The position numbers and the translations under genes are program-made. A stretch of 64,000 nucleotides of DNA, from contig OZ024758.1 in the NCBI GenBank assembly GCA_964016885.1, forward strand, positions 11,160,001 to 11,224,000. The letters are read 5' to 3'. The notes under the pieces are model-generated. The model was not told the origin of the DNA, made no database searches, and saw only the letters and a program-made list of their open reading frames with translations. Origin of the DNA: Eledone cirrhosa (Eukaryota). Below are positions 27,542-40,629 of this stretch, in pieces (within the stretch, counting starts at the first letter, position 1; each line of letters opens with the position of its first letter).

Positions 27542-28137
27542 CTCATCTGACCTACCTGTCAAACATTAGGGTACAGACAGCTCATCTGACCTACCGGTCA
27601 AGCCTTAGGGTACAGACAGCTCATCTGACCTACCTGTCAAACATTAGAGTACAGACAGCTCATCTGACCTACCGGTCAAGCCTTAGGGTACAGACAGCTC
27701 ATCTGACCTACCTGTCAAGCCTTAGGGTACAGACAGCTCATTTGACCTACCTGTCAAGCCTTAGGGTACAGACAGCTCATCTGACCTACCTGTCAAGCCT
27801 TAGGGTACAGACAGCTTATCTGACCTACCTGTCAAGCCTTAGGGTACAGACAGCTTATCTGACCTACCTGTCAAGCCTTAGGGTACAGACAACTCATCTG
27901 ACCTACCTGTCAAGCCTTAGGGTACAGACAGCTTATCTGACCTACCTGTCAAGCCTTAGGGTACAGACAACTCATCTGACCTACCTGTCAAGCCTTAGGA
28001 TACAGACAGCTTATCTGACCTACCTGTCAAGCCTTAGGATACAGACAGCTTATCTGACCTACCTGTCAAGCCTTAGGATACAGACAGCTTATCTGACCTA
28101 CCTGTCAAGCCTTAGAGTACAGACAGCTCATCTACCT
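27542..28137. repeat. 39-bp minisatellite, ~15 copies
   Basis: ACAGACAGCTCATCTGACCTACCTGTCAAGCCTTAGGGT. Confidence 0.97.
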
Positions 28138-28228
28138 GGACAAGTGTGGAAAATAGACAACACGCTGACAATGATGATGAAATTATGTATCCCAGTTATT
28201 AAAATAAGTACTCAGTATCCCTGTGTGT

Positions 28229-28851
28229 CATCATTATCATCATTGTTTAAGGTCTATCTTCCACGCTAGCATGGGTTTAGACGGGAATTGTCCCACTTGA
28301 GGCAACATTGGTCGTCTCACTCGTATAGGACTGTCTGGCAGGTTTTCTACGGCTGGATGCCCTTCCTAACACCAACCACGTTTACAGTGTGGACTGGGAG
28401 CTTTTTACCGTGTTACCTACATGGCCACATTACAGCGTGGACTGTGTTTTTTTGTCGTGACACCTACATGACCTCATTCATTTAGGACTGGATGTTGCGT
28501 TACCAACATAACTTTACAGAGAAAGGGGTGGTGCTGATGGGGGTGAGGGAGTTGGGGTAGTGGGATGGGGGGTGCCTACTGACTGTAAGTTTCGCTTTGT
28601 ACTTAGGCAAGGCGGGTTTTCTGTATTACTGCGTAGCGCCAAAGATCTCGGTCCAGTGACATTGTCTTCGAGAGGTGTAAGTGTGTAAGGTCGGAATTTA
28701 TCAAATCGTCCCAGGTTTTTCTGGGTCTGCCTACTCCGTAACTTCCGTCAATTTTGATCGCCCTACACTTTTTTATACAGCTGTCGTCTTTCATGTGCAT
28801 CACGTGACCATACCAACGTAGTCTTCTCTCGGGTAAACAGCATCTGATCAT
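28229..28851 (-). mobile_element. 5'-truncated RTE-type LINE (ORF C-terminus, 3' UTR, (GAT)n tail)
   Basis: ERRLRWYGHVMHM...GRPRKTWDD...DRDLWRYA* is typical of RTE-clade C-termini; tail ends in GAT repeats. Confidence 0.88.
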
Positions 28852-30105
28852 GAAGTGACTAAAAGGGTTAGTATCGGAAAGGAGATCTTCTGGTCATAAA
28901 GGCTGCCATATATCAGCTGATGTCAACTTAGAAAAACAAACTGGAAACCATATGGTTGCTCAGTGAGTGCCTTAACCACTAAGCCATGCCTACACTATGT
29001 GTGTGTGTGTGTGTGTATGTGCGTGTGTGTGTGTGTATGTGCGTGTCTGTGTGTGTGTGTGTATGTGCGTGTGTGTGTGTATGTGCGTGTGTCTCTGTCT
29101 CTGTGTCTATATATATATAAATCAAATGTAAAACTAATTTCCAAGAGTAAACATGTCCAATCTTCAAAAATCATCTCCAACATTTATTTATTTATTCTCT
29201 GTCTGAAGCATCCATCTATGGAACTACAACTACAACAACAACTACAACAACCACCACCACCATTGCTACCACTATCACCACCACTACCACTGCTACCACC
29301 ACCACCACCACCACCATTAACAATAACACCAGCACCACCACCACAAGCATTGACAACACCACCACCACCACCACCATTAACACCACCACCACCACCATTA
29401 ACACCACCACCACCACCATTAACAACAACAACAACAACAACAACAGCAACAGCAACAGCAGCAACCCCCCCCCCCCACACACACACACACACAACCACAA
29501 ATTCCCACTGGAACAATAAATCAAGAAAATAAATTGAAACTTCCAGAGAAAAAAAAATTACAAAAAAACAAAACCGAAAAACAAAACCTAAACAACCCAA
29601 ACAATCCTTCCCTGCCGCCATCATAATCTATCAAATAACATAGGAGAAGAAAATGGAATGAAAACAAATGGTAAATAGAGAAGAGAGGAAGTAAATCTAT
29701 TGTTTTGTTGAACTCTGGGAGTCTATGGAATATTTTAATGAAGAAAATATAAAACAAACTTTTTCATTTGATTGGTTTCAAACTTGATTGATTGGTTATT
29801 GTTTACAGAGTAAGATTACTGTTTAATATGAGAAGAAAGAGGAGATGATATGTAGAGTTTAAAGTAAACCCTTATATTTAATCCTCAGTCCCTCGTCAGT
29901 GATGATCTGTGTTCTTCTGTGAGGACACAGGAGATTTCTAACACTTTTGATACCAAACTAAAGTCTAAAGTCTGTCTTGAGCTGTCTCAAGTCTCAAGGT
30001 TCATGAGGCCAGATATCCTAATTTCCATAGTGTGAAGTGACAGAGTACAAGACTCTTCCCCAAGGACAGGACGACAGTCTATCACAGGGTTAAAGTCCAT
30101 CAGGA

Positions 30106-30331
30106 TTAACCCTTTAGTATTTAAACCGGCTATATCCAACCAGATTCTCTCACCTATTTCTCTTCACACCAGCCATAAATGACTGCTTATACTTATGCTA
30201 AGGGATTGTTCTCAAAATAAATAATATCAAAATAGATAGATTCGATATTATGTGAATTAATTATGTAAGATAAATAGTAATTATGAAAATATAATAGTAA
30301 ATATAGAGAAATGTAAATGTTAAAGGATTAA
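30106..30331. mobile_element. piggyBac-like MITE
   Basis: TTAACCCTTTAGTATTTA...TAAATGTTAAAGGATTAA; related left end with an internally triplicated segment at 41961-42150. Confidence 0.45.
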
Positions 30332-30424
30332 ACTCTGCCTTGAACCAGGAAGCTCATCAGATCAGTTATCTTAGTTTATGTGACATGAAGCAAATAAGAG
30401 TACAAGACTCAGGACAGAATCGCT

Positions 30425-30582
30425 GGACAGATTTTATAGGCAAAACTAACTGGCAAGAGACCCAGAGGTAAACCCTGAATAAGATGGTTGGATAACATCC
30501 ATGAGGGGGTTGACTGGTCTCGCTTGGGGATCCAGCTGGATCAATTGAAGACGGTTGCTTCTGACAGGACTTGCTGGAAGGA
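30425..30582 (+). mobile_element. Old RTE-type LINE C-terminal fragment of a different family
   Basis: Translates QIL*AKLTGKRPRGKP*IRWLDNIHE...VASDRTCWK, matching the KRPRGRP..RW.D motif. Confidence 0.65.
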
Positions 30583-30587
30583 GAGTA

Positions 30588-30681
<94 letters not shown>

Positions 30682-30686
30682 AATAT

Positions 30687-31131
30687 GGAAGCACATGGCT
30701 TAGTGGTTAGAGCATTGGCCTTGCAATCGAAAGGTTGGGAGTTCAATTCTCAGACCGGGTGATGTGTTGTTTCCTTGAGCAAGACACTTTATTTCACATT
30801 GCTCCAGTTTACTCAGCTGTAGAAATGAGATGATAGGGAGTGGGGTCCCTACCATTCCACTGCAAAGTGGTCGTGGAAGTGCCACGGCAAAAAAGCACCC
30901 AGCCCACTCTGTAAAGTGGTCGTGGAGGTGCCACGGCAAAAAAGCACCCAGCCCACTCTGTAAAGTGGTCGTGGAGGTGCCACGGCAAAAAACCACCCAG
31001 CCCACACTGTAAATGAGGTTGGTGTTAGGAAGGGCATCCAGCTGTAGAAATCAAGCCAGAATCAGTTCCCGTCCCACCCTTGCAAGCAGGGAAAAAGCGG
31101 ACATAAAATAAAATGATGATGATGATGATGA
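30687..31131 (+). mobile_element. SINE family A
   Basis: Full copy with three 49-bp internal modules and (GAT)n tail. Confidence 0.88.
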
Positions 31132-31508
31132 CATGATATATATATATGTATGTATGTATGTAACAGTTGTAGAGTATGGGCAATAATTAGTGAACAATAG
31201 GAGGGTGGATTAAGACCAAACACGCGGAGTTATGGCAGTATATATATATATATATATATGTGTGAGTGTATGTATGTATGTATGTATGTATGTATGTATG
31301 TATGTATGTATGTATGTATGTATGTATATGTGTATGTATGTATGCGTATGTATATATATATAATATAATAAATAAATAACAAAGAACGCTTATAGCATAT
31401 GCATATCTTTACTTGCTAACATTGTTTCATCCACACTATATATATACACCCCTATATATATACACCCCTATATATATACACCCCTGATCCTTTCCCTAGC
31501 ATACTATG

Positions 31509-31542
<34 letters not shown>

Positions 31543-31628
31543 AGTGTATGTATATATGTATGTATGTATGTGTGTATGTGTATGTATGTATGTATGTATG
31601 TGTGTGTGTATGTGTATGTATGTATGCG

Positions 31629-31676
<48 letters not shown>

Positions 31677-32965
31677 AGTGTATGTATGTATGTATATATG
31701 TATGTATGTGTGTGTGTGTATGTGTGTATGTATGTGTGTGTGTATGTGTATGTGTATGTATGTATGTATGTGTGTGTATGTGTATGTATGTATGCGTATG
31801 TATATATATGTATATATATATATATATATGTTGATAAGCTGTAGTGAAATATACTCAATATGGTAGCTGGTTGTTTTATACAACAGGATGTGATAGGATT
31901 AACTTCTTTTTAACTCTAATACTTTAGAATCTGTTCAGTAGTGATGCTGGCTAATGTTATATAGATGACTGTTGTGATGATGATGGTGTTGGTGGTGGTG
32001 GTGGTAGTGGTGGTGGTGGTGGTAGTGATGGTGGTGGTGGTGGTGGTGGTGATGGTGGTGATGGTGGTGGTGGTGGTGGTGGTGGTGGTGGTGATGGTGG
32101 TGGTGGTGGTGGTGGTGGTGATGGTGGTGGTGGTGGTGGTGGTGATGGTGGTGATGGTGGTGGTGGTGGTGATGATAGTGATGGTGGTGATAGTGATGGT
32201 GTTGGTGGTGATAGTGATGGTGTTGGTGGTGGTGGTAGTGATGGTGGTGGTGGTGGTGGTGATGGTGGTGATAGTGATGGTGTTGGTGGTGGTGATGATA
32301 GTGATGGTGGTGATAGTGATGGTGTTGGTGGTGATAGTGATGGTGTTGGTGGTGGTGATAGTGATGGTGGTGGTGATGGTGGTGGTGAGTGGTGGTGGTG
32401 ATAGTGGTGGTGAGTGGTGGTGGTGATGAGTGGTGGTGAGTGGTGGTGGTGATGAGTGGTGGTGGTGGAGGTGGTGGTGGTGGTAGTGGTGATGGTGGTA
32501 GAGGTGATGGTGATGTTGGTGATGATGATGGTGATGGTGATAGTGATGGTGGAGGTGATAGTGATGGGGGTGGTGGGGGTGGTGATAGTGTTGATGGTGG
32601 TGGTGATGGTGGTGGTGATGGTGTTGGTGATGGTGGTGATGGTGGTGATGGTGGTGGTGGTGATGGTGGTGATGGTGTTGATAGTGGTGGTGGTGGTGGT
32701 GGTGGAAAAGGCAAGGATGATAGTAGTGATGTTGTTGGTGATAGTGATGATCATGTTATTGATGTTAATGGAGACAATAATGATATTGTTGATAATGACA
32801 ACACTGATGATGATGATGATGATGATGATGGGGGGAGGAGTATGAGGAGGAGGTGGAGTGGGAGGAGGTGTGCTACAGTAATCAGCAGCAGTAAAGGTGA
32901 TATACAACAGAAGAGTAGAAATTATAAATCTGATAACAAAAGATAATGTACAGATAAATACATTA

Positions 32966-33036
<71 letters not shown>

Positions 33037-33084
33037 GATGTGTGTGTGTATATATATATATATATATGTGTGTGGGTGTGTGTG

Positions 33085-33126
<42 letters not shown>

Positions 33127-33487
33127 TGTGTGTGTGCGTATATATATGTCTGTTTGTGTGTGTGTGTGTATATATATATATATGTGTGTGTATATACTTA
33201 TATATGTGTGTATATATATATGTGTGTGTGTGTGTCTATATATCTGTGTCTGTGTGTGTGTCTATCTCTATATATATATCTGTGTATGTGTGTGTCTATC
33301 TGTCTATATATATCTGTGTCTGTGTATGTGTGTGTCTGTGTGTGTGTGTGTGTCTGTGTATGTGTGTGTCTGTGTCTGTGTATGTCTGTGTCTGTCTGTG
33401 TATGTGTGTGTCTGTGTCTGTGTATGTCTGTGTATGTGTGTGTCTGTGTGTCTGTGTGTCTGTGTCTGTGTCTGTGTGTCTGTGTCT

Positions 33488-33528
<41 letters not shown>

Positions 33529-33769
33529 TGTGTGTCTGTATGTCTGTGTGTATATGTGTGTATGTGTGTGTCTGTGTATGTCTGTGTGTGTCAGCTGAGG
33601 AGGTTTGATGAATTGAAAAAAAATCAAATAATTTTAAGTGTTGATGAATAAAAGGTGTGAACAATAGATATTGTAATATGTGTGATATATAGATATAGTA
33701 GAGAGAGGGGGAGTAGAGAGGGGGAGGGGGAGTGGTGGTGGTGGTGGAGAGAGAGAGCAAAAGATATAT

Positions 33770-34303
33770 TATATACAGACTTACAGACAGAGAGATTGAT
33801 AGAGAGACAGACAGACAGGCAGACAGACAGAGAGACAGAGAGACAGACAGACAGAGAGACAGACAGAGAGATAGATTGACAGATAGACAGACAGACAGAG
33901 AGACAGCTAGACAGACATACAGACAGACAGAGAGAGAGATAGCTAGCTAGACAGACAGACAGGCAGACAGAGAGATTGATAGACAGGCAGAGAGATAGCT
34001 AGAGAGACAGAGAGAGACAGAGAGATAGCTAGCTAGACAGACAGACAGACAGAGAGACAGACAGAGAGATAGCTAGAGACACAGAGAGAGACAGAGAGAT
34101 AGCTAGCTAGACAGACAGACAGACAGACAGAGAGACAGAGAGACAGACAGAGAGATAGCTAGACAGACAGACAGACAGATAGAGAGATTGATAGACAGAC
34201 AGACAGACAGAGAGATTGATAGACAGACAGAGACAGAGAGACAGGCAGACAGAGAGACAGACAGAGAGATAGCTAGACAGACAGACAGACAGATAGAGAG
34301 ATT

Positions 34304-34337
<34 letters not shown>

Positions 34338-34495
34338 GAGATTGATAGACAGACAGAGAGACAGGTAGACAGACAGACAGACAGAGAGACAGGTAGACAG
34401 AGAGACAGACAGAGAGATAGCTAGACAGACAGACAGACAGAGAGATTGATAGACACATAAATTGCCAGAGATAGCTAGACAGAGATAGATTGATT
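33770..34495. repeat. (AGAC/AGAT)n complex microsatellite
   Basis: Direct inspection. Confidence 0.93.
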
Positions 34496-34904
34496 GATAA
34501 GAAAAGAGATAGAAAGAAAGAGAGAGAGATAGACAAAAGACTATAACCATCTCACATACATTAACCCTCTCATTAACATATTGTCTAATGAACAACATTC
34601 GTTAGAATTATCAATTAATTTTTTACAATAATCAAGAATTCATAAGAATTTTAATATAATATAACTGAATAATTATTAAGCTGGGATTTGGAGCATAACT
34701 TAAAGGTTCATATATAAAATCATGATATAAGGTTTTTTTTAAAATAAATATAAATATTAACCCATATTGAGTCCTACTTTTAGAATAAATATATTGTTTC
34801 CTTGAATATTGTAAAAGGAGACTAAAAGAGTTGAGAGACAAGAGTGCTCAATACAGAAGTAGAGTATAAATATCATTTGTGTGCGTAAGTGTGTATACAC
34901 AGAC

Positions 34905-34958
<54 letters not shown>

Positions 34959-35079
34959 TCATCATCATTTAACTAACAATAAATATATATATTTATGTGT
35001 GTGTGGACTTCTGATGTGTATTGGTAGGTGACAACAGTTAAAAAAGGTACTCAATACATTAGTAGAGTATAGGTATATT

Positions 35080-35184
35080 TATTTTCTTATTGAAATGACT
35101 TCTACAGGACTAGAAATGTTTCATTCATATTTCTTTTGAAAGAAACTGAACTAGTCCTGTAGAAGTTATTTCTATAATAAAATA
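35080..35184. repeat. Inverted repeat, 34-bp arms
   Basis: TATTTTCTTATTGAAATGACTTCTACAGGACTAG / CTAGTCCTGTAGAAGTTATTTCTATAATAAAATA, 3 mismatches. Confidence 0.85.
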
Positions 35185-35193
35185 TATATATAT

Positions 35194-35260
<67 letters not shown>

Positions 35261-35262
<2 letters not shown>

Positions 35263-35445
35263 AACAAGTAAGACCCCGACGGCTGAGCTCAAGCCGTTTC
35301 GACGGCTAAATCCAGAATTAGCCGTCGAAACGGCTTGAGCTCAGCCGTCGGGGTCTTACTTGTTCCTATTACCCACTCTACTACCCTAAGTATTGAGTAC
35401 TTTGGTGCGTTATGGTCCACCTGGTTGCTTACCACATTTCTTTCG

Positions 35446-35447
<2 letters not shown>
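35261..35447. mobile_element. Hairpin+tail element, family 1, copy 4
   Basis: Perfect 49-bp arms (35261-35366), 8-nt loop, same tail, TA runs on both sides. Confidence 0.8.
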
Positions 35448-35484
<37 letters not shown>

Positions 35485-35487
<3 letters not shown>

Positions 35488-35583
35488 CGTGTCCCAAAGA
35501 AATGTATACATACTAGCTGTACATTCTAATAAATATTGCTTGAACAGGTAATCAAAGTGTGTATACATTTTTGGGACACCCAG
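35485..35583. mobile_element. Tc1/mariner-like MITE, same family
   Basis: Similar TIRs; interior is the reverse complement of 20588-20688. Confidence 0.7.
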
Positions 35584-36014
35584 TGTGTGTATATATATAT
35601 ATATCTATATATATACAGAGAGAGAGGTAAACATAAAAGATGAAGGAGGAAAAAATGAAGCAAAATAGATGAATATATAAGAATTAATAAATGGCAGATT
35701 AGAAGATGAATGATAAAAGACCTAAGATGAAGTTATTTACCAGCAATGGCAGCAGTTTCTATAATTAGAGTTGATTTCTATGACAACTCTCCGCTGCTCT
35801 AGGTCATTTAGCAGGTTTTCAAATATTCAATATTTCTTAGATAAACGTTGTCTTCTTCAGTAAGGAATTATTATATAACTGCCAACATAGAGCGGCTGTC
35901 TGGTGATGGAGTTAGGTTAGGTTCGCAGTCACGTGGTTTCAGGTTTGGGGTTCAGTCTAATTGTACAGTACCATGGATAACTGTATTTCTACTATAACCT
36001 CAGAGTTGACTAAC

Positions 36015-36688
36015 ACCTACTACAGAATATGTTAAAGTACCAATATTGAAAGTGTACCTACTACAGAATATGTTAAAGTACCAATATTGAAAGTGTACCT
36101 ACTTAGGAATATGTTAAAATACCAATATTGAAAGTGTACCTACTACAGAATATGTTAAAATACCAATATTGAAAGTGTACCTACTTAGGAATATGTTAAA
36201 ATACCAATATTGAAAGTGTACCTACTTAGGAATATGTTAATGTACCAATAATGGCAGTGTACCTCCTTGGGAATATATCAATGTATCAATAATGAAAGTG
36301 TACCTATTGGAAAAATATTAAAGTACCAATAATAAAAGTGTACCTACATGAGAATCTGTTAAAATACCAATAATAAAAGTGTATGTACATGAAAATATGT
36401 TAATGTACCAATAATGAAAGTGTACCTACTAAAGAATATATTAAAGTACCAATAACGAAAGTATACCTATGAGAGAATATATTAAAGTACCAATAACGAA
36501 AGTGTACCTACGAGAGAATATATTAAAGTACCAATAACGAAAGTGTACCTACGAGAGAATATATTAAAGTACCAATAGCGAAAGTATACCTACGAGAGAA
36601 TATATTAAAGTACCAATAACGAAAGTGTACCTACGAGAGAATATATTAAAGTACCAATAACGAAAGTGTACCTACTTGGAAATATGTT
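36015..36688. repeat. 41-bp minisatellite, ~16 copies
   Basis: GTACCTACTACAGAATATGTTAAAGTACCAATATTGAAAGT with variant blocks. Confidence 0.95.
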
Positions 36689-37999
36689 CTCTGTGTTGGA
36701 TCTCTGTTGATTCCAACTGGTGAACCAGTTCTTGGACAAAGGAACAGGCTGCTCATGGAATTAACATACAAATGGCTGAAACTTTCACAGCCACTCTCAG
36801 AGTGAGTCAGCTTACTACTGTGTGTATATATGACAAGGCTGGCCTTTTGAATTACAGATACAACTCATATTTGCTTTGCCAAGCCTAATAGACCGGAACA
36901 ACATGAAATAAGTTGTCATGGATGAAAGACACAATGCCACAGTCATGAACCAAACTTCCGACCTTTTCGATCCTGAGCCGAACACTTTAACCCCTAAGCC
37001 AACACTTTCCACTAAAGTTCTGATTTAACACAAACTAGAGATGACTTTATATTTAAAATATATGAGATTAAATTGATACACAAATTTACACAGTGTTTAA
37101 AATATTTCCACTTTCAATGAAACAATCTGGGAAGGAGAGGGAACGTGGGGGGGGTTATGGTGTAATGTTTTTCACACAGTGGCTGGTGTGTGTATGAAAG
37201 TGTGTGAGTATGTGTATACGTGAGTGTGTATGTACGTGTGTATTTGTCTGTGTGAGTATGTGTGGATATGTATGTATGTGTGTGTATATGGATGTATGTG
37301 TATGTATGTGCATGAGTGTGTGTGTATGCATGTATGTCTGTGTGTGTGTATGCATGAGTGTGTGTATGTATGTGTCTGCATGTGAGGATACATGAGTGTC
37401 TGTATGTATGTGTGTGTATGTATGTGTCTGCATGTGAGGATACATGAGTGTGTGTATGTATGTGTGTGTATGTATGTGTCTGCATGTGAGGATACATGAG
37501 TGTGTGTATGTATGTGTCTGCATGTGAGGATACATGAGTGTGTGTATGTATGTGTCTGCATGTGAGGATACATGAGTGTCTATATGTGTGCCAATATATG
37601 TATGTGTATATGTCCATATGTGTGTGTCTGGATATATATATATATATGTGTGTATGTGTGTTTGTACAAAAAGAGAGAGACAGGTGGATGTTTGTGTAAA
37701 ATAGTCATGTTTCATATATGATCGATACATTCATATAAACTTATTGGAAATTATATCACAATGAAGAACTAAATTTACCATAGTTTGAAATGTCTGACAA
37801 TAATTAATTTTGACACAGAAATAGGTATAAATAAGGTACCAGCTGCTGAACAAGCTGTGTGTATATATATATATATCATTATTCAATACAGAAATGGTGT
37901 CTACAGGACTAGAACTATTTCATTCATATGAAATCATCCTTCAACCTAATTCCTCTTCTATCATCGGCCTCACTAGTATTCACTCTCTTGGTTATAAGC

Positions 38000-38610
38000 A
38001 AGCCTAGCAGGATGCAAGCCCAGTAGGATGGAAGCCCAGCAGAGTACAAGACTAGCAGGATACAAGTTTAGTGGGATACAAGCCTAGCGGTGTACAAGCC
38101 TAGTTGGATACAAGCTTAGCAGGATGCAAGCCTGGTGGGATACAAGTCTAGCAGGATACAAGAGTAGTGGGGTACAAGTCTATCAGGATACAAGAGTAGT
38201 GAAATAAAAGTCTCGCAGGATACAAGCCTAGCAGGATACAAGTCTAGTGGGATACAAGTCTAGTGGGATACAAGTCTAGTGGGATACAAGAGTAGTGAAA
38301 TAAAAGTCTCGCAGGATACAAGCCTAGCAGGATACAAGTCTAGTGGGATACAAGTCTCGCAGGATACAAGCCTAGCAGGATACAAGTCTAGTGGGATACA
38401 AGTCTCACAGGATACAAGTCTAGTGGGATACAAGTCTAGTGAAATAAAAGTCTCGCAGGATACAAGCCTAGCAGGATACAAGTCTAGTGAGATAAAAGTC
38501 TCGCAGGATACAAGCCTAGCAGGATACAAGTCTAGTGGGATACAAGTCTCGCAGGATACAAGTCTAGTGGGATACAAGTCTCGCAGGATACAAGCCTAGC
38601 AGGATACAAG
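38000..38610. repeat. 16-bp minisatellite with 48-bp higher-order unit
   Basis: CAGGATACAAGCCTAG variants; trimer periodicity from ~38190. Confidence 0.93.
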
Positions 38611-38844
38611 GCAACTTCACTAATGTTGTTTCCATCATAAAATACACCCAGTACACTCTGTAACACTGTTGGTTAACAAATAAAAAGAATGTAGGCATCA
38701 AGAAGATATTTTAGTCCCGTTTCAAGTTTGGAATTTAAAATATTTTGGCTCAAAGCATCAAACATTTTGCTCAGTGGTTGGAAAAAAAATTGAGGACATT
38801 GGTTTTAACCCTCATATAAATACCATAGAACATTGGTAGTAACC

Positions 38845-38878
<34 letters not shown>

Positions 38879-39817
38879 ATAGTAGATTGGTGATAACCAT
38901 CATATCTGCCATAGATGAAAATGTTTGGTAAAAAAAAAGTGAAAACAGAAAGAAGGTGGGGTAGTGTGAGAAGGAAAGTCCCTTCAATTTTCCATTAAAG
39001 ATGTAATACTGACCTTTCTGTAAGTTCCAACTACAACAGTTGAACTCTTAGACTATAGATAAGGAAGTTAACATCACACTGCACCTCTTGGAATCTGGAA
39101 AGATATAAGAAATGGTATATATTATTATTTGGGAAATATAGGAATAGTACAACTCATGAAAACATAGAAAAAAAATGGACATAAAACAGTGATGATGATA
39201 ATGGCAATAAAACATACTACATATATATATATATATATTTATATATATGTTATTAAAATAACATGGGATCTTCTGAAACTCAGAAGATCCCATTAAGGGT
39301 GAAAGCAGCAATTCTTTGCTTAAACTTTAATCTGTTATTTTAATAAATATTTGCTCTAGGGTTCTTATATATTTGATATATATTTTTCCTTATTGAGCCT
39401 TCTTTGGATTTTAGTCTTCACATTTATTATTACCTCATACATTGTTATATATTTTTTAAAAACCTATTACTGGGGGAAGGGGTTAACAACTTATGGAGCT
39501 CTCCACTCACCTATATACTCTCAATGATCATTGACCCACACCGATATGCTGGTCAATCACAATTGACCAACACTCCCCTATATACTGGTCAATGATCATT
39601 GAACAAATGTAAGGTGTTGGCTGGTAAATTAAGTTATTTCAATATGAGTTATCAGAGCAAATAATCACACAACTGGATGTCCAATAGATTACTAAACAAT
39701 CACTCCAATAGGACAGGTGGTTCTTTTCAACTAGACTCCCAAACATCTATTAACCCCTTCTCACTGTATTGAGTGGTTGTATTGATTGGTAATATTGACG
39801 AATGAATATCAATACAT

Positions 39818-40185
39818 TTAACCCTTTCATGGCCATATTTCTGATTAAATATTGTCAAGGTTTGTTCTCTTCTGAACCCTCTTCAGAGGCTTAGATATGC
39901 AATCTTTGTGCATTCATTCCACACCCCGTAGGATTGAGGGGGGGGGGGGGGGGGGATTTTAACAATTATTAATTATTTCATTAATAAGTTAATAACTTAA
40001 TAAGGTTCTTGGAGGATTTCAATTTAAATTGGAAACCTTTAAAATGTGTGGTTTTATTTCATAGAACCAGAAATGGTTTTAACTGGCTTGGTAACTAAAG
40101 GGTTAAATAGGAACTCTTTAAAATGGGTGGTTTTATTTCAAAGAATAAGAGCCAGTCTTGGCCAGGTTGGTTACTAAAGGGTTAA
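39818..40185. mobile_element. piggyBac-like MITE with duplicated right end
   Basis: TTAA-CCCTTT start; ACTAAAGGG-TTAA ends at 40106 and 40185; related copy at ~59522-59968. Confidence 0.5.
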
Positions 40186-40629
40186 AATGCCTCAAATATG
40201 CTGTATGCCAGTACAGCGCCCTTACAACTCCATCAGGAGTTACAGGACATTACCATACCATACCATAGAAGCTACAGTGTAGGAAGTGGGTAGCAGCTGT
40301 TATTTCAGTATTATACAGTAAATGCTATTAACTCTCCATAAAGCCATTTAAATCATTGATCAAATATAATTAGAAATAAAACACAGAAAAGAATTTTTAA
40401 AAATATGTTTTGCATGTAAATAAAACGTTAATTTGAAGAAATGATTAATCAATATTGATTGGTATTGATGGCATGGTAAAATAATTAGTGTCATGGTCAA
40501 AATAACAGTGGACAGGACAGCTGGTTTCATTTCAATAACAATGTTTGTTATAATAATTGTAACCTTTAATAGTTCCCATATGTTTATCTTATATTAAGTA
40601 TTGGCTGAACAGGGTAGTGGTAAACTCAG

